64,000 nucleotides of DNA, from the NCBI GenBank assembly GCA_038231275.1, contig JBBRLQ010000019.1, positions 32,001 through 96,000 of the forward strand, given 5' to 3'. A program made the position numbers and the translations under genes. Origin of the DNA: Polyangiales bacterium. GTDB taxonomy: Bacteria > Myxococcota_A > Polyangia > Polyangiales > Polyangiaceae. How positions within the stretch are numbered: position 1 is the first letter of the stretch; each line of letters begins with the position of its first letter. Below are positions 20,627-30,850 of this stretch, in pieces. The notes beneath the pieces were generated by a model. The model was not told where the DNA came from. It did no database searches and saw only the letters and a list, made by a program, of their open reading frames with translations.

Positions 20627-22300
20627 CTACTTGATCGGCGGCGGCGGCGGCGCGATGCCCTTGAGATCGAGGCCCCCCGGATACTGGTAGCTGGTCTGCC
20701 GCCCGTATCCGATCACCTGAAGGCCGAACGCTTTGTCGCCCGTCATCACGTGCGCCCCGTTTTGACCTTTGCCGAGCTTGACGCGCGCGACGCCGAGCCC
20801 GTTCACGCCGACAGGGGTGAACGAGGCGCCTGCGCCGGTGCCGTCGAGCGTCAACGCCGTCCCGGTCGGCGCGACGACGTCGACGTAGCTCACGTCGTAG
20901 TCGGGCGGCGCGAGGAAGATGTACTTCGTTCGATACTGCTCGACCGCGATCATCTGGCTTTGCGAAGGATCGCCTTCCGCGTTGGCGCCGGCGGTCGGAT
21001 CTACGACTTCCGCGCCCAGCATGAACGAGCCGACCGCGAACTCGTGGTCTCCGGTCACTTCGAAGTCCTTCTTGACCACGCCACAGTCGATGACCTGCCC
21101 GGCGTTCACGGTCGCTGGGCAAGGCGCGCCGCCGCCGTAGCTCAGCTTCGTTCCGTCCACGTTGCCGTAGATGCGGACGACGTGGGAGTTCGGCTTTCCG
21201 TTCGGGCTCGTCGGAACTGTCACCACGTAGTGCTTCCCCAGCGTCTCGGCGGGGAAGACCGACTCCTCGACGTGGTCGCACGCCTGCACGCCCTTGGGCA
21301 GGTAGATGCACGGAATGCCGGTGAGCACTTGGACAGGTTTGTCCGCGCTCACCTGCGAGCCGCTCAGATCGAACGTTTCCTCTGGCCCGCCGATGACCTC
21401 GGCCACGTCACCCGCATTGAGCGTGAAGGAGAGGACGCCGCCCGCCGCGACCGCCTGGATGCCGCTGCCCGCGACGACGTTGCCCGTGCTGGAGACCTTG
21501 ACCTTGACGCTCGTGCCATCCGCAGTCCCGGTCACGGTGAAATACGCGCCGATGTGGGCATCGTTGGGGTTATTGAAGTCGGGCGTCTGAGTCCACCCGT
21601 GAATTCCGGAGATTCGGTAGTTGCCAGTCATCGCCGTCGACGGCAAGAGGAGAGACGCGTCGTTCGTGTAGGAGAGGCACACGCCGTTTTGCGGGACGCA
21701 GGAGCTCCAATCTTTGCCGGGCGGGCCGCCCTTCGCTTGATACTCGAGCGCGTTGAACTGGTAGACGGTCACGGGCGCGCTACTGACCAGGTGAAAGGCG
21801 CTCTTCGTGGCGAGCACCGACGCGGCGAGACCGGCGGGCGGCCCCTTCAGCGCGGGAACCCACGGCAGATAGATCGTCGTGAGCTGCTGCGGCGGGACGG
21901 TCACCTTCTTGTTGGTGCCGTTGGGTCCTGTGACCGTGATGTCGGCGGGGTTCGCCCCGGCGTTCGCGACGACCGCCGCGAAGTCGTAGATGTCGTCGAC
22001 GAGGTTCGCGGTGACCGTCGGCCAATAGTCGCAGCCGATGTACGACTTGTACGCGGCGGCTTGCTCGCACGTGACCGGGTCGCCGGTCGGGCCGCCGGAG
22101 CTTCCGCTGCCGTCGCCGCCCAGGCTGCTGTCGCCGAAGATGCTCCCGCCGTCGTCCCCCGAGCTGCCGCTGCTGCCGCTGCTCCCCGAGCTCCCGTCGC
22201 CGAAGCCGTTGCCGTTCTTGCTGCTGCACGCGACGAAGAGGAGGAGAGCCCCCGCGGCCGACACTCCGAACGCCCCCGAACCCGAAATGCTGCGCTTCAT
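20627..22300 (-). CDS. IgGFc-binding-domain lipoprotein
   Basis: Lipobox FVAC, Gly/Ser linker, [38 protein letters not shown]. Confidence 0.85.
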   Translation of the reverse strand: MKRSISGSGAFGVSAAGALLLFVACSSKNGNGFGDGSSGSSGSSGSSGDDGGSIFGDSSLGGDGSGSSGGPTGDPVTCEQAAAYKSYIGCDYWPTVTANLVDDIYDFAAVVANAGANPADITVTGPNGTNKKVTVPPQQLTTIYLPWVPALKGPPAGLAASVLATKSAFHLVSSAPVTVYQFNALEYQAKGGPPGKDWSSCVPQNGVCLSYTNDASLLLPSTAMTGNYRISGIHGWTQTPDFNNPNDAHIGAYFTVTGTADGTSVKVKVSSTGNVVAGSGIQAVAAGGVLSFTLNAGDVAEVIGGPEETFDLSGSQVSADKPVQVLTGIPCIYLPKGVQACDHVEESVFPAETLGKHYVVTVPTSPNGKPNSHVVRIYGNVDGTKLSYGGGAPCPATVNAGQVIDCGVVKKDFEVTGDHEFAVGSFMLGAEVVDPTAGANAEGDPSQSQMIAVEQYRTKYIFLAPPDYDVSYVDVVAPTGTALTLDGTGAGASFTPVGVNGLGVARVKLGKGQNGAHVMTGDKAFGLQVIGYGRQTSYQYPGGLDLKGIAPPPPPIK

Positions 22301-22427
22301 GGGCGCGGACCCTAGCACTACCTTTGCGGTTTGCAGCCCAGATCGAGCCTCCCCGTGCGTCGGGACGCCTAAGGGACGCGGGAAAAACGCTCCCCCGGGA
22401 ATGGCCGAAACCGGTACGATTCTCGTC

Positions 22428-23987
22428 ATGAGCGAGTTCGCCCTCAAGACCGCGCTCCCCCCGTACTTGCGCGCGGAGCAGCAGCGGATCCAGAGTCTCG
22501 CCGCCGCCGAGGGGCTCGATTTCTTCCCGATCGTCTTCGAGATCCTCTCCTACGATCAGATGAACGAAATCGCGGCGTACGGCGGTTTTCCCAACCGTTT
22601 CCCGCACTGGCGCTTCGGCATGGAGTACGAGCGCCTCGCCAAGAGCTACGAGTACGGCCTCTCGAAGATTTACGAGATGGTCATCAACAACAACCCCTCG
22701 TACGCGTACCTCCTCGAGGGAAATTCGCTCGTCGACCAGAAGCTCGTGATGGCGCACGTCTGCGGGCACGTCGACTTCTTCAAGAACAACTACTGCTTCC
22801 GCGCGACCGACCTCGACACCGGCGGCCGGACGGTGGACCCGGCCGTACGACGGCTCGACTACGATCCGAACCGCCGCTGGATCGACAAGATGGCCAACCA
22901 CGGCTCGCGCATGCGGCGGCACGTGGCGCGGATGGGCATCAACAAGATCGAAGAGTTCGTCGATCACTGCATGAGCCTCGAGAACCTCATCGACCCCCAC
23001 GCCCCGTTCCACGGTCGGCGGGCGGTGAAGGACGTCGACGCCGAGGAGACGGCGACCGAGATCCCGCGCCTCAAGTCGAAGGACTACATGGAGTCCTTCA
23101 TCAACCCCGAGGAGTACCTCGAGGAGCAGCGCAAGAAGATCGCCGAGGAGAAAGAGAAGGCGAAGAAATTCCCCGAGCACTCCGAGCGCGACATCCTGAA
23201 GTTCTTGATGGACCACGCGCCGCTCGAGCGCTGGGAGCGCGACGTCCTCGAGGTGATCCGCGAAGAGGCGCTCTACTTCGTGCCGCAGATGCAGACCAAG
23301 ATCATGAACGAGGGCTGGGCCAGCTACTGGCACTCCAAGCTCATGACCACCAAGGTCCTCGATGCGAGCGAGATCATCGACTACGCCGACCACAACGCCG
23401 GCGTCATGGCGACCAGCAAAGGCCAGCTCAATCCCTACAAGCTCGGCGTCGAGCTCTATCGCAACATCGAGGAGCGCTGGGACAAGGGGCAGTTCGGCAA
23501 GGAGTGGGAGGACTGCGACGACCTCGACTCCAAGAAGAACTGGAATTTGCGGCTGGGGCTCGGCAAAAAGAAGATCTTCGAAGTGCGTGCACTCTACAAC
23601 GACGTGACGTTCATCGACGAGTTCCTCACGCCCGAGTTTTGCCGCGAGCAGAAGCTCTTCTCCTTCGCGTGGAGCAACCGGAACGAGCGCTACGAGATCG
23701 AGACGCGCGAGTTCAAGCAGGTCAAAGAGAAGCTGCTCTTCCAGCTCACGAACGCCGGCAACCCGTTCATCTACGTCGAGGACGCGAACTTCGAGAACCG
23801 CGGGGAGCTGCTCCTCCGGCACGATCACCAGGGGATGGACCTGAAGGCCGACTACGCGCGCGAGGTCATGAAGAGCCTCGTGCGCGTGTGGAAGCGGCCC
23901 GTGAACGTGACGACGGTGGCCGAAGGCAAAGGCGTCATGCTGCGGTTCGACGGGCGCGAGCACACGACGCGTCACCTGAAGCCATGA
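22428..23987 (+). CDS. spoVR: SpoVR/YcgB family protein
   Basis: [61 protein letters not shown]. Confidence 0.95.
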   Translation: MSEFALKTALPPYLRAEQQRIQSLAAAEGLDFFPIVFEILSYDQMNEIAAYGGFPNRFPHWRFGMEYERLAKSYEYGLSKIYEMVINNNPSYAYLLEGNSLVDQKLVMAHVCGHVDFFKNNYCFRATDLDTGGRTVDPAVRRLDYDPNRRWIDKMANHGSRMRRHVARMGINKIEEFVDHCMSLENLIDPHAPFHGRRAVKDVDAEETATEIPRLKSKDYMESFINPEEYLEEQRKKIAEEKEKAKKFPEHSERDILKFLMDHAPLERWERDVLEVIREEALYFVPQMQTKIMNEGWASYWHSKLMTTKVLDASEIIDYADHNAGVMATSKGQLNPYKLGVELYRNIEERWDKGQFGKEWEDCDDLDSKKNWNLRLGLGKKKIFEVRALYNDVTFIDEFLTPEFCREQKLFSFAWSNRNERYEIETREFKQVKEKLLFQLTNAGNPFIYVEDANFENRGELLLRHDHQGMDLKADYAREVMKSLVRVWKRPVNVTTVAEGKGVMLRFDGREHTTRHLKP

Positions 23988-23996
23988 GACCCGGGC

Positions 23997-24422
23997 ATGG
24001 CCGTGGAGTTCATACGCGACAAGGAGCACTGGCTGCGGAGGTTCTCGCCGCACGAGTGGATCCGCGCGGCGATGGGAGAGATGAAGCGGGCGGAGCAGGC
24101 GTACGCGCGGCGGAGCGTGAGGGCAGGGCTCGCGGGGGCGCGGCGCGCCGCGGGGATGGCGTTAAACGGTGCGCTCGTCGTGGCGCCGAACGACGCGTGG
24201 GGGCGCACGTACATCGAGCACTTGATGGCGCTGAAGACGTCGGAAGGGGCGCCGGAGGCGGTGCGAAAGGCGGCGGCGCTGCTGATGGAGGCCGCGCCGC
24301 TGTCGAACCAGCTCGTGATTTTGCGCAGCAAGGATCAGGACACGCGCGTCCTCGAGGCGGCGCGCGACGTGATGGCGCACGCGTATGCGATCGTGGTGAG
24401 GCATGAGTCGGCGGAGAGCTGA
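23997..24422 (+). CDS. Small helical hypothetical protein (HEPN-like pattern)
   Basis: Starts 9 nt after spoVR. W..AA..E...A..ARRAAGMALNGAL helix pattern. Confidence 0.65.
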   Translation: MAVEFIRDKEHWLRRFSPHEWIRAAMGEMKRAEQAYARRSVRAGLAGARRAAGMALNGALVVAPNDAWGRTYIEHLMALKTSEGAPEAVRKAAALLMEAAPLSNQLVILRSKDQDTRVLEAARDVMAHAYAIVVRHESAES

Positions 24423-25542
24423 GCTCGTCGCGGTGGTCGTCGCGCTCGCAGCGATCGCCTGTCATCCCGAGCCGCAGCCGAGGGACCCCCTCTCGATTCC
24501 GACTCCGACTCCGACTCCGACTCCGACTCCGACTCCGACTCCGAGTCCGACTCCGACGGCAGACGCGGCGCCGCTGCCGCCTCCGCGGCCGACCACGTTG
24601 CCCCTCGCAAAGGCGGGCGGCGACAAGGTCGACGAGCTGCTGCTCGCGGGAGACAAAGCATTCGAGGCGAACGACATCGCCGAAGCGCTCAGGCACTACA
24701 AAGCCGCAGCTGCCGCAGGGCCCAAGCGGCCGGGACCCGTCGTCGGGGCGGCGCGGGTGCGGATCGCGAAGGTCAGCGCGGCGATGGATTTCGCGGCGGC
24801 GAAGGGGAACGCGGAGGTGCTCGCCGCGTCGCGCGACTTGAAGCGCGCGACGCAAATGGAGCCGGGGTACGGGCCTGCGCAGGTCGAGCTCGGGCGCGCG
24901 CTCCTCTTGCTCGGCGATGCGGCGGGCGCGATCGACGCGCTCAGGAAGGGCGCGCAGCTCATGCCGCAAGAGGCCGAGGCGCACTCGGCGCTGGGTGTCG
25001 CGCTGCTCGCGACGGGAAAGAAAGACGAGGCGACCGGAGAGCTGGCGAAGGCCGCGGAGCTCGACGCCGGGAGCGCGCCACGTCATGGCAACCTGGGGAC
25101 GGTGCTCTTCATGGTGGGGCGCGTCGCCGAGGCGGTGCGCGAGTACGAGACCGAGGTGCGGCTCGCCGATGGAGACGCGCGCGCGCACTCCGACCTGGGC
25201 ACCGCGCTGCTCGCGCAGAACGAGCTCGTGCGCGCGTCACGCGAGCTGGAGCGCGCGGTGCAGATCGATCCCGCTCGCGCGACGTTCCGTTCGAACCTGG
25301 GGTACGCGCTACAAATCCAGGGAAAAACCACGGAGGCCATCGCGCAGTACCGCGAGGCCATCAAGATCGATCCGAAGCTCGGGAGCGCGTGGATCAACCT
25401 CGCCACCGCCCTCGCGCGCGATCCGAAGACGCGCAAAGAGGCGCGCGACGCGCTCGAGAAGGCGCGCCAGCTGGACCCGACGGATCCGCGCGTGAAGGCG
25501 AACGTCGAAGAGCTCGACGCCCTCGAAAAGGGCAAGCCGTAA
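24403..25542 (+). CDS. TPR-repeat lipoprotein
   Basis: Lipobox AIAC, (PT)n linker, multiple TPRs (AHSALGVAL, HGNLGTVL, RSNLGYAL, AWINLATAL). Confidence 0.9.
   Translation: MSRRRAELVAVVVALAAIACHPEPQPRDPLSIPTPTPTPTPTPTPTPSPTPTADAAPLPPPRPTTLPLAKAGGDKVDELLLAGDKAFEANDIAEALRHYKAAAAAGPKRPGPVVGAARVRIAKVSAAMDFAAAKGNAEVLAASRDLKRATQMEPGYGPAQVELGRALLLLGDAAGAIDALRKGAQLMPQEAEAHSALGVALLATGKKDEATGELAKAAELDAGSAPRHGNLGTVLFMVGRVAEAVREYETEVRLADGDARAHSDLGTALLAQNELVRASRELERAVQIDPARATFRSNLGYALQIQGKTTEAIAQYREAIKIDPKLGSAWINLATALARDPKTRKEARDALEKARQLDPTDPRVKANVEELDALEKGKP
24499..24558 (+). repeat. (CCGACT)n hexamer repeat encoding a Pro-Thr linker
   Basis: Seven perfect CCGACT units at 24499-24540, then CCGAGT, CCGACT, CCGACG. 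Confidence 0.95.
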
Positions 25543-25544
25543 TC

Positions 25545-25580
25545 GGGCACCGGCGTGGGCACGGGCGTGGGCACGGGCGT
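25545..25580 (+). repeat. Intergenic 12-bp tandem repeat (GGGCACSGGCGT)x3
   Basis: gggcaccggcgt gggcacgggcgt gggcacgggcgt, immediately after the TPR gene stop. Confidence 0.85.
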
Positions 25581-25651
25581 TCGCGGGTCGCCAAACGGCG
25601 GGCGACTGTCAAGAGGCACGTTTCGCCATGGGCGCGTGCGGCTCTCCGTCC

Positions 25652-25681
25652 TTGACCCCTCGGCTATGGCCCCGTTAGGGT
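25652..25681 (+). promoter_or_regulatory. Candidate sigma70 promoter of the cold-shock gene
   Basis: TTGACC-N18-TAGGGT. Gives a ~100-nt 5' UTR, as is typical of csp genes. Confidence 0.5.
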
Positions 25682-25790
25682 GGCCCAACTCCGAGTCGGA
25701 ACGGAGCCACAAATTCCTGAAGTTCCAGCAGTAGCGGTCCGATACGTACGCAGTAGAAGTGGCAATTGAAGCTGAAGTGGAGGCACTCCG

Positions 25791-26009
25791 ATGGCAGTGG
25801 GAAGGGTGAAGTGGTTCAACGACGAGAAGGGCTGGGGGTTCATCAAGCAGGATGAAGGCCCGGACGTGTTCGTGCACTACTCGCAGATCGCGGGGGAGGG
25901 ACGCCGTCGCCTTTTCGAGGACGAGCTCGTTGAGTTCGAAATCAAGGAGGGGCCGAAGGGCCTCCAGGCCATCAACGTGATGCGCCAGGAGGGTGCGCAG
26001 GCCAACTGA
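25791..26009 (+). CDS. Cold-shock protein (CspA family)
   Basis: GRVKWFNDEKGWGFI, DVFVHYSQI, GPKGLQA. SD GGAGG. Confidence 0.97.
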   Translation: MAVGRVKWFNDEKGWGFIKQDEGPDVFVHYSQIAGEGRRRLFEDELVEFEIKEGPKGLQAINVMRQEGAQAN

Positions 26010-26094
26010 CCTGAACGCGCACGCCCTGCCGCCCATCTGAGTGGAGCGAAGCGCAGCGGAGCGAAACGCTCCTGACGGGAAGCGGTCATCTGAG

Positions 26095-26144
26095 CGCGCC
26101 TGGTTCTTCCTCTGCTTCAGAGGGGAGCCGGGCGCGACGCTTTT
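26095..26144 (+). terminator. Probable intrinsic terminator after csp
   Basis: CGCGCCTGGTTCTTCCTCTG pairs with CAGAGGGGAGCCGGGCGCG (G-U pairs, one bulge), followed shortly by TTTT. Confidence 0.6.
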
Positions 26145-26185
26145 GTGGGTGGCCCATCTCCCACGACGTCTGCTGTACTAGGCCC

Positions 26186-26458
26186 ATGGTGCCCCGCCGT
26201 CGCCTCGCGAAGAAGCTCCTCGTCGCCTCCGTGGGCGTCGCCGCGGTCAGTTACGTGATGGCGTGCAACAAGCAACCCGTGGGCAACCTCGCGATGCCCG
26301 CCGCCGACGCCGCCGACATGCCGGCAGTCGGGAACCTCATGGCGCCTCCGCCTCCGCCGATCGACGCTTCTCCGACGCCGCGCGACATTCCTCCCGGCAA
26401 CCTCATGCCTCCGCCGCCGCCGCCGCTGCCAGACGCGGGCAAGCCGAAGGCGCGGTAG
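26186..26458 (+). CDS. Small Pro-rich lipoprotein with three GNL motifs
   Basis: Basic N-terminus, hydrophobic core, VMAC lipobox. Repeats PVGNLAMP, AVGNLMAPPPPP, PPGNLMPPPPPP. Confidence 0.75.
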   Translation: MVPRRRLAKKLLVASVGVAAVSYVMACNKQPVGNLAMPAADAADMPAVGNLMAPPPPPIDASPTPRDIPPGNLMPPPPPPLPDAGKPKAR

Positions 26459-26495
26459 CGTCCGTCTTCGCCTCGGGACCTCGCTCGGCGGGAAG

Positions 26496-27416
26496 TCAGA
26501 CGACCTTCGGGACGCTCTCCACGCCGAAGGTCTTGCCCTCGGGCTCGAACACGTGCGCCGAGATGTCCGTGATCTCTCCGTCGTTGTCACCGATCTCGTA
26601 GACGTTGAAGCCGGCCATTCGCCCCGCCTCTTCGTGATGAAGCGACGCGCTCGTGGCGCCGACGGCGAGCAAATTCCCCGCGCTCGTTGGGATGGCGCGC
26701 TGGATGCGGCGGTGGAGGTGGCCGTGGAGCACCATGCCGCGCGTGAGATCGCGCACGCCGGTCCAGAGGAGCGCGGCGTCGGAGAGGCCTTCGAGCGCCG
26801 ACTTCACGCGCGAGAGCGGGTTATGCGCGGGGTGGTGGAGGAGGACGATGGGGGTGCGCGATCGCACCTCGGGGTGGCGCAGCACGTCGCCGAGCGCCGC
26901 GATCTGCTTTTTGCCCAGCCGCCCCGCCGCGACGAACGGCAACTGCGGCACCGCGCTCGAGAGGCCGATGATCGCGACCGGCCCGCGAAGCTTCACGAAC
27001 GGGAAGCGCCCGACACCGACGTCGACCGCGAGCTCCGGCAGATCGCTCTTGATGTAGTCGGCGAAGTACGTCGAGAAGCGCTGCGACGTCATCGCGCCAC
27101 GCGTGTAGAGATCGTGGTTCCCCGGAACGACGCTCACGTGCTTCGGATCGAGGCCGAGATCCTCCTCGAGGAGGAGGCGCGCGGCCGCGAACTCTTCCTC
27201 GAGGGCCAGGTTCGTCAGATCGCCGGTGATGACGACCTCGTCGATGCCGAGCCGTTTGATCTCGCGCGCGATGGCGCGGACGTAGCTTGGCCGGTGGATG
27301 TGCTTCCGCTTGAGGCGCAGGTTGGCGTAGCCGGTGAGGCGCTTGTTCAAGAAGCGGAGCGGTGAGACCCCTTCGAGCGCGAGGATGTGCAAATCGGAGA
27401 GGTGGGCGATTTTCAT
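26496..27416 (-). CDS. Metallophosphoesterase (calcineurin-like)
   Basis: HLSDLH, ITGDLTN, PGNHD, LLHHP, HGHLH. ATGA overlap with the upstream gene. Confidence 0.92.
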   Translation of the reverse strand: MKIAHLSDLHILALEGVSPLRFLNKRLTGYANLRLKRKHIHRPSYVRAIAREIKRLGIDEVVITGDLTNLALEEEFAAARLLLEEDLGLDPKHVSVVPGNHDLYTRGAMTSQRFSTYFADYIKSDLPELAVDVGVGRFPFVKLRGPVAIIGLSSAVPQLPFVAAGRLGKKQIAALGDVLRHPEVRSRTPIVLLHHPAHNPLSRVKSALEGLSDAALLWTGVRDLTRGMVLHGHLHRRIQRAIPTSAGNLLAVGATSASLHHEEAGRMAGFNVYEIGDNDGEITDISAHVFEPEGKTFGVESVPKVV

Positions 27417-28411
27417 GGGTCGTAGGCGCAGCGGAACCCGACGGTCGGCGCGCGCGAAGCGCTCATCTTGCCACGCGCAGCCCCCCTGACCCAAGCGGCG
27501 CCTTCGGCGAAAGAGCCGCCGCGGAACACGTGCCCCGGGCCGGTCGTCGGTCCTTTGGGGTTGACGAGCGGCTGGCCCGGCGCGGTCTCGGGGTAGCCGA
27601 AATTCTGGTCGTCGGTGTCGAACAAATCCCAGACCCACTCGGCGACGTTGCCGGCGAGATCGTAAATGCCGGCGCGCGTGGCGCCGTCAGGGAAGGAGCC
27701 GACCGGCGCGAGGCTCACGAAGCCGTCGCTCGCATCGGTCTCGTCCTGCGCGAGGGCGCCGTGGTTGCAGAGATGCGCGTTGTAGGCGTTGCCCCACGGG
27801 AACTGTCGCCCTTCAGGTCCGCGCGCGGCGAGCTCCCATTCGGCCTCGGTGGGGAGGCGTCCGTCGGCCCACGCGCAGTAACCGACGGCGTCTTGCCAGC
27901 TCACGTGGGAGACGGGGAGGGTGGGCCGGTCGTACCGAAAATCACCGGGCGGAAACGCCGGCGCCGCGCACACGCCTGCCGAAACACACCGCGCGTACGC
28001 CGCGACGGTGACCTCGGTCCGATCGAGATCGAAGTCGCTCAGGGTGACCGCGTGCGCGTGCCCTTCGGCGCGGAAGCCGTTCTGGAGGACGGCCTCACCG
28101 CAAAACGTCCGGAGCACCTCGCGCTCGCACATGTTGACGGCGCCTTGACCCTCGAGCTCGGTCGACCCCATGCGAAACGTCGCGCCGATGACGCGTGCTC
28201 GGCCTGCGCGCGGCGTCCGCAGTTGCACGACGCCGTGCGCGCGCGCTTCTTCGCGCGGCGCATCGAGAGAACGCCACACGTCCGCCGGTCGAATCGGTCG
28301 CTTGGCCTGCGCGTCACTTGCGCCGACGGCGATCGCGAGCGACAGCAGGGCCGCGCGCGCGACGAACCGAACGGCGAGATCGAAGGCGCGCATCGTTCGC
28401 ATCGTTCGCAT
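27413..28411 (-). CDS. Formylglycine-generating enzyme/SUMF1-family (FGE-sulfatase domain) exported protein
   Basis: FRMGS, DRTEVT, VSWQDA, RLPTEAEWE, DLAGNVAEWV, RGGS, GFRC. Start is 28411, 28402 or 28393. Confidence 0.9.
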   Translation of the reverse strand: MRTMRTMRAFDLAVRFVARAALLSLAIAVGASDAQAKRPIRPADVWRSLDAPREEARAHGVVQLRTPRAGRARVIGATFRMGSTELEGQGAVNMCEREVLRTFCGEAVLQNGFRAEGHAHAVTLSDFDLDRTEVTVAAYARCVSAGVCAAPAFPPGDFRYDRPTLPVSHVSWQDAVGYCAWADGRLPTEAEWELAARGPEGRQFPWGNAYNAHLCNHGALAQDETDASDGFVSLAPVGSFPDGATRAGIYDLAGNVAEWVWDLFDTDDQNFGYPETAPGQPLVNPKGPTTGPGHVFRGGSFAEGAAWVRGAARGKMSASRAPTVGFRCAYDP

Positions 28412-28416
28412 GGGCC

Positions 28417-29862
28417 TCAGCCGGTGAGGATGCGCATCGGGTGCTCGAGCAACCCGCGCAGCTCGGCGAGGAAGGCGGCGCCGACGGCCCCGTCGATCAC
28501 GCGGTGATCGCACGAGAGCGTCATCGACAGCATCTTGCCGGGGACGACCACACCGTCTTTGACCACCGGGACGTCCCGGGTTTGGCCCACCGCGAGGATC
28601 GCTCCCTCGGGAGGGTTGATCACCGCAGAAAACGCGTCGATCCCGAACATCCCGAGGTTCGAGATCGAGAAGGTGCCGTTCGACATCTCCTCCGGCTTGA
28701 GCTTCTTCGCGCGCGCCCGCCCAGCGAGATCGCGGACCTCGCGCCCGATCGCGACGATCGTCTTCTGGTCGGCGTTGCGCACCACCGGCGTGACGAGCCC
28801 GTCGGGGATCGCGACGGCGACCGAGATGTCCACGCGCTTGTGGACGAGGATCGCGTCGCCCGCGAACTGCGCATTGCACTCCGGCACCCGCACGAGCGCC
28901 GTCGCGCACGCCTTGACGAGCAGATCGTTGACCGAGACCTTCGGCGGCCCGTCGCCCGTCGCCCCGCGTCCATCTCCGGCGCCGCGCGCGAGCTCTGCGT
29001 TGATGCTCTCGCGCATCTTCACGAGCGCCTCGGCGTTCACGTCGATCGTCAGGTAAAAATGCGGGACCGTCTGCTTCGACTCGACGAGCCGCCGCGCGAT
29101 CGTCTTGCGCATCATCGACAGCGGACGCACCTCGGGCTCGGCGAGCCCCGGCACTGCGAGTGGCGCGTGCGCCCCCGCCACTACCACCGCGCGCGACGCG
29201 TCGCCGTTCGCAGGCGCGGGGCTGGCCGCCGCCGCGGGTCCCGCAACGATCCGCTCCAGATCGCCCGCGACGATGCGCCCTCCGGGCCCACTCCCTGTCG
29301 CACCCTGCAGATCGATTCCGCGATCCCGCGCCGTCTTTCGGATGTAGGGCGAGGCCATGACGCGGCCATTTTCCCGCGTTGCCGCCGCGGGCGCATCCCG
29401 CTCGGTCCGCGTAAGCGGATTGCCCTTGTCTGCCGGAGCCGCCGCCACCCTCGGAGCCGGAGCCGGAGCCGGAGTCGGAGTCGCGGTCGGAGTCGGAGTC
29501 GGAGCCGGAGTCGGAGCCGGAGTCGCGGTCGGAGTCGCGGTCGGAGCCGGAGTCGCGGTCGGAGTCGGAGTCGGGGTCGCCGTCGGGGTCGCGGATTTTC
29601 CTGCGAGCGCCGAAATGTCCTCCCCCGCGTTCCCCAAAATCGCCACCGGCTGCCCCAGCTTCACCGTCGCCCCGGCCGGCACGAGCAGCTTCAGCAGCGT
29701 CCCCCGATCGAACGCGCGAAACTCCATCGTCGCCTTGTCCGTCTCGACCTCGGCGAGCAGATCGTCCACCTCGACCGCGTCGCCCTCCTTCTTGTGCCAT
29801 GCGGAGAGGACGCCCTCCTCCATCGTCGGCGACAGTTTCGGCATGTCCAGGATCTTTGCCAT
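28417..29862 (-). CDS. pdhC: Pyruvate dehydrogenase E2, dihydrolipoamide acetyltransferase
   Basis: MPKLSPTMEEG, lipoyl-Lys VETDKATME, binding domain ASPYIRK..GSGPGGRI, catalytic DHRVIDG. Confidence 0.97.
   Translation of the reverse strand: MAKILDMPKLSPTMEEGVLSAWHKKEGDAVEVDDLLAEVETDKATMEFRAFDRGTLLKLLVPAGATVKLGQPVAILGNAGEDISALAGKSATPTATPTPTPTATPAPTATPTATPAPTPAPTPTPTATPTPAPAPAPRVAAAPADKGNPLTRTERDAPAAATRENGRVMASPYIRKTARDRGIDLQGATGSGPGGRIVAGDLERIVAGPAAAASPAPANGDASRAVVVAGAHAPLAVPGLAEPEVRPLSMMRKTIARRLVESKQTVPHFYLTIDVNAEALVKMRESINAELARGAGDGRGATGDGPPKVSVNDLLVKACATALVRVPECNAQFAGDAILVHKRVDISVAVAIPDGLVTPVVRNADQKTIVAIGREVRDLAGRARAKKLKPEEMSNGTFSISNLGMFGIDAFSAVINPPEGAILAVGQTRDVPVVKDGVVVPGKMLSMTLSCDHRVIDGAVGAAFLAELRGLLEHPMRILTG
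29452..29594 (-). repeat. Degenerate hexamer repeat (CCGACT/CCGGCT/GCGACC) encoding the P/T/A linker of PdhC
   Basis: Run of ggagtc/ggagcc/gcggtc units on the + strand. Confidence 0.85.
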
Positions 29863-29864
29863 GG

Positions 29865-30848
29865 TCAGCTCGCCCTCGTCATCAGGCGCTTCACCGCACC
29901 GATGACGCGATCGGGTTGGGGAATGCAAAGCTGCTCGAGCTTCGCGTTATAGGGCATGGGCACGTCGAGCGTGCTCACGCGCAGGATCGGCGCGTCGAGA
30001 TCGTCGAACGCGAGGCGCTGCACGCGATCGCTGACCTCGGCGCCGACGCCGCCGTACGGCCAGCCTTCGTGGACCACGACGCAGCGGTGGGTCTTCTGCA
30101 CGCTCGCGACGAGCGTGTCCTCGTCGAGCGGACGGAGGGACAAGAGGTCCACGACTTCGGCCGAGATGCCCTCCTTCTCGAGCGCCGCGGCCGCCTCGAG
30201 CGCGACGTGCGTGGTGCGCGAGTAGGCGACGATCGTGACGTCCTTCCCCTCACGGACGATTTTGGCCTTCCCGAGCGGGATCGCGTCCTGATCGTCGGGC
30301 ACGTCCCCTTTGACCCCGTAGAGCGTCTCCGACTCCATCACGAGGACGGGATTGTCGTCGCGGATGGCGGCCTTCATGAGGCCCTTCGCGTCGGCGGGGA
30401 AGGCGGGCGCGACGACCTTCAGACCCGGCACCGTCGCGTAGAAGTGCTCCATCGAGTGGCTGTGCTGGCTGCCGACCTGGCGGGCGCTCCCGTTGGGGCC
30501 ACGAAACACGATGGGGCAGGTGAACTGCCCGCCCGACATCTGCCGCACCTTCGCCGCGTTGTTCAAAATCTGATCGAACGCGACCGCGCTGAAGTTCCAG
30601 GTCATAAACTCGATGATCGGCCGAAGCCCCACCATGGCCGCGCCGACGCCGATCCCCGCGAATCCGCCCTCGGCGATCGGCGTGTCGATGACGCGCTTCT
30701 CCCCGAATTTTTCGAGCATCCCCTCGCTGACCTTGTACGCCCCCTGGTAGTGGCCGACCTCTTCGCCCATGAGAAAGACGCGGTCGTCCCGCTCCATCTC
30801 TTCGATCATGGCCTCGCGCAGCGCCTCTCGGTATCGCAGGTTTCTCAT
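29865..30848 (-). CDS. pdhB: Pyruvate dehydrogenase E1 beta subunit
   Basis: MGEEVGHYQGAYKVS, DTPIAEGGFAG, EFMTWNF, QHSHSME, DVPMPY. Confidence 0.97.
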   Translation of the reverse strand: MRNLRYREALREAMIEEMERDDRVFLMGEEVGHYQGAYKVSEGMLEKFGEKRVIDTPIAEGGFAGIGVGAAMVGLRPIIEFMTWNFSAVAFDQILNNAAKVRQMSGGQFTCPIVFRGPNGSARQVGSQHSHSMEHFYATVPGLKVVAPAFPADAKGLMKAAIRDDNPVLVMESETLYGVKGDVPDDQDAIPLGKAKIVREGKDVTIVAYSRTTHVALEAAAALEKEGISAEVVDLLSLRPLDEDTLVASVQKTHRCVVVHEGWPYGGVGAEVSDRVQRLAFDDLDAPILRVSTLDVPMPYNAKLEQLCIPQPDRVIGAVKRLMTRAS

Positions 30849-30850
30849 GG

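Noticed and set aside
24499..25580. Short tandem repeats as a CRISPR array
   Set aside because: Units are 6-12 bp with no unique spacers, and no cas genes are present.
27413..28411. FGE/CLec-fold gene as a diversity-generating retroelement target
   Set aside because: No reverse transcriptase and no template-repeat copy of its 3' end seen in the window.
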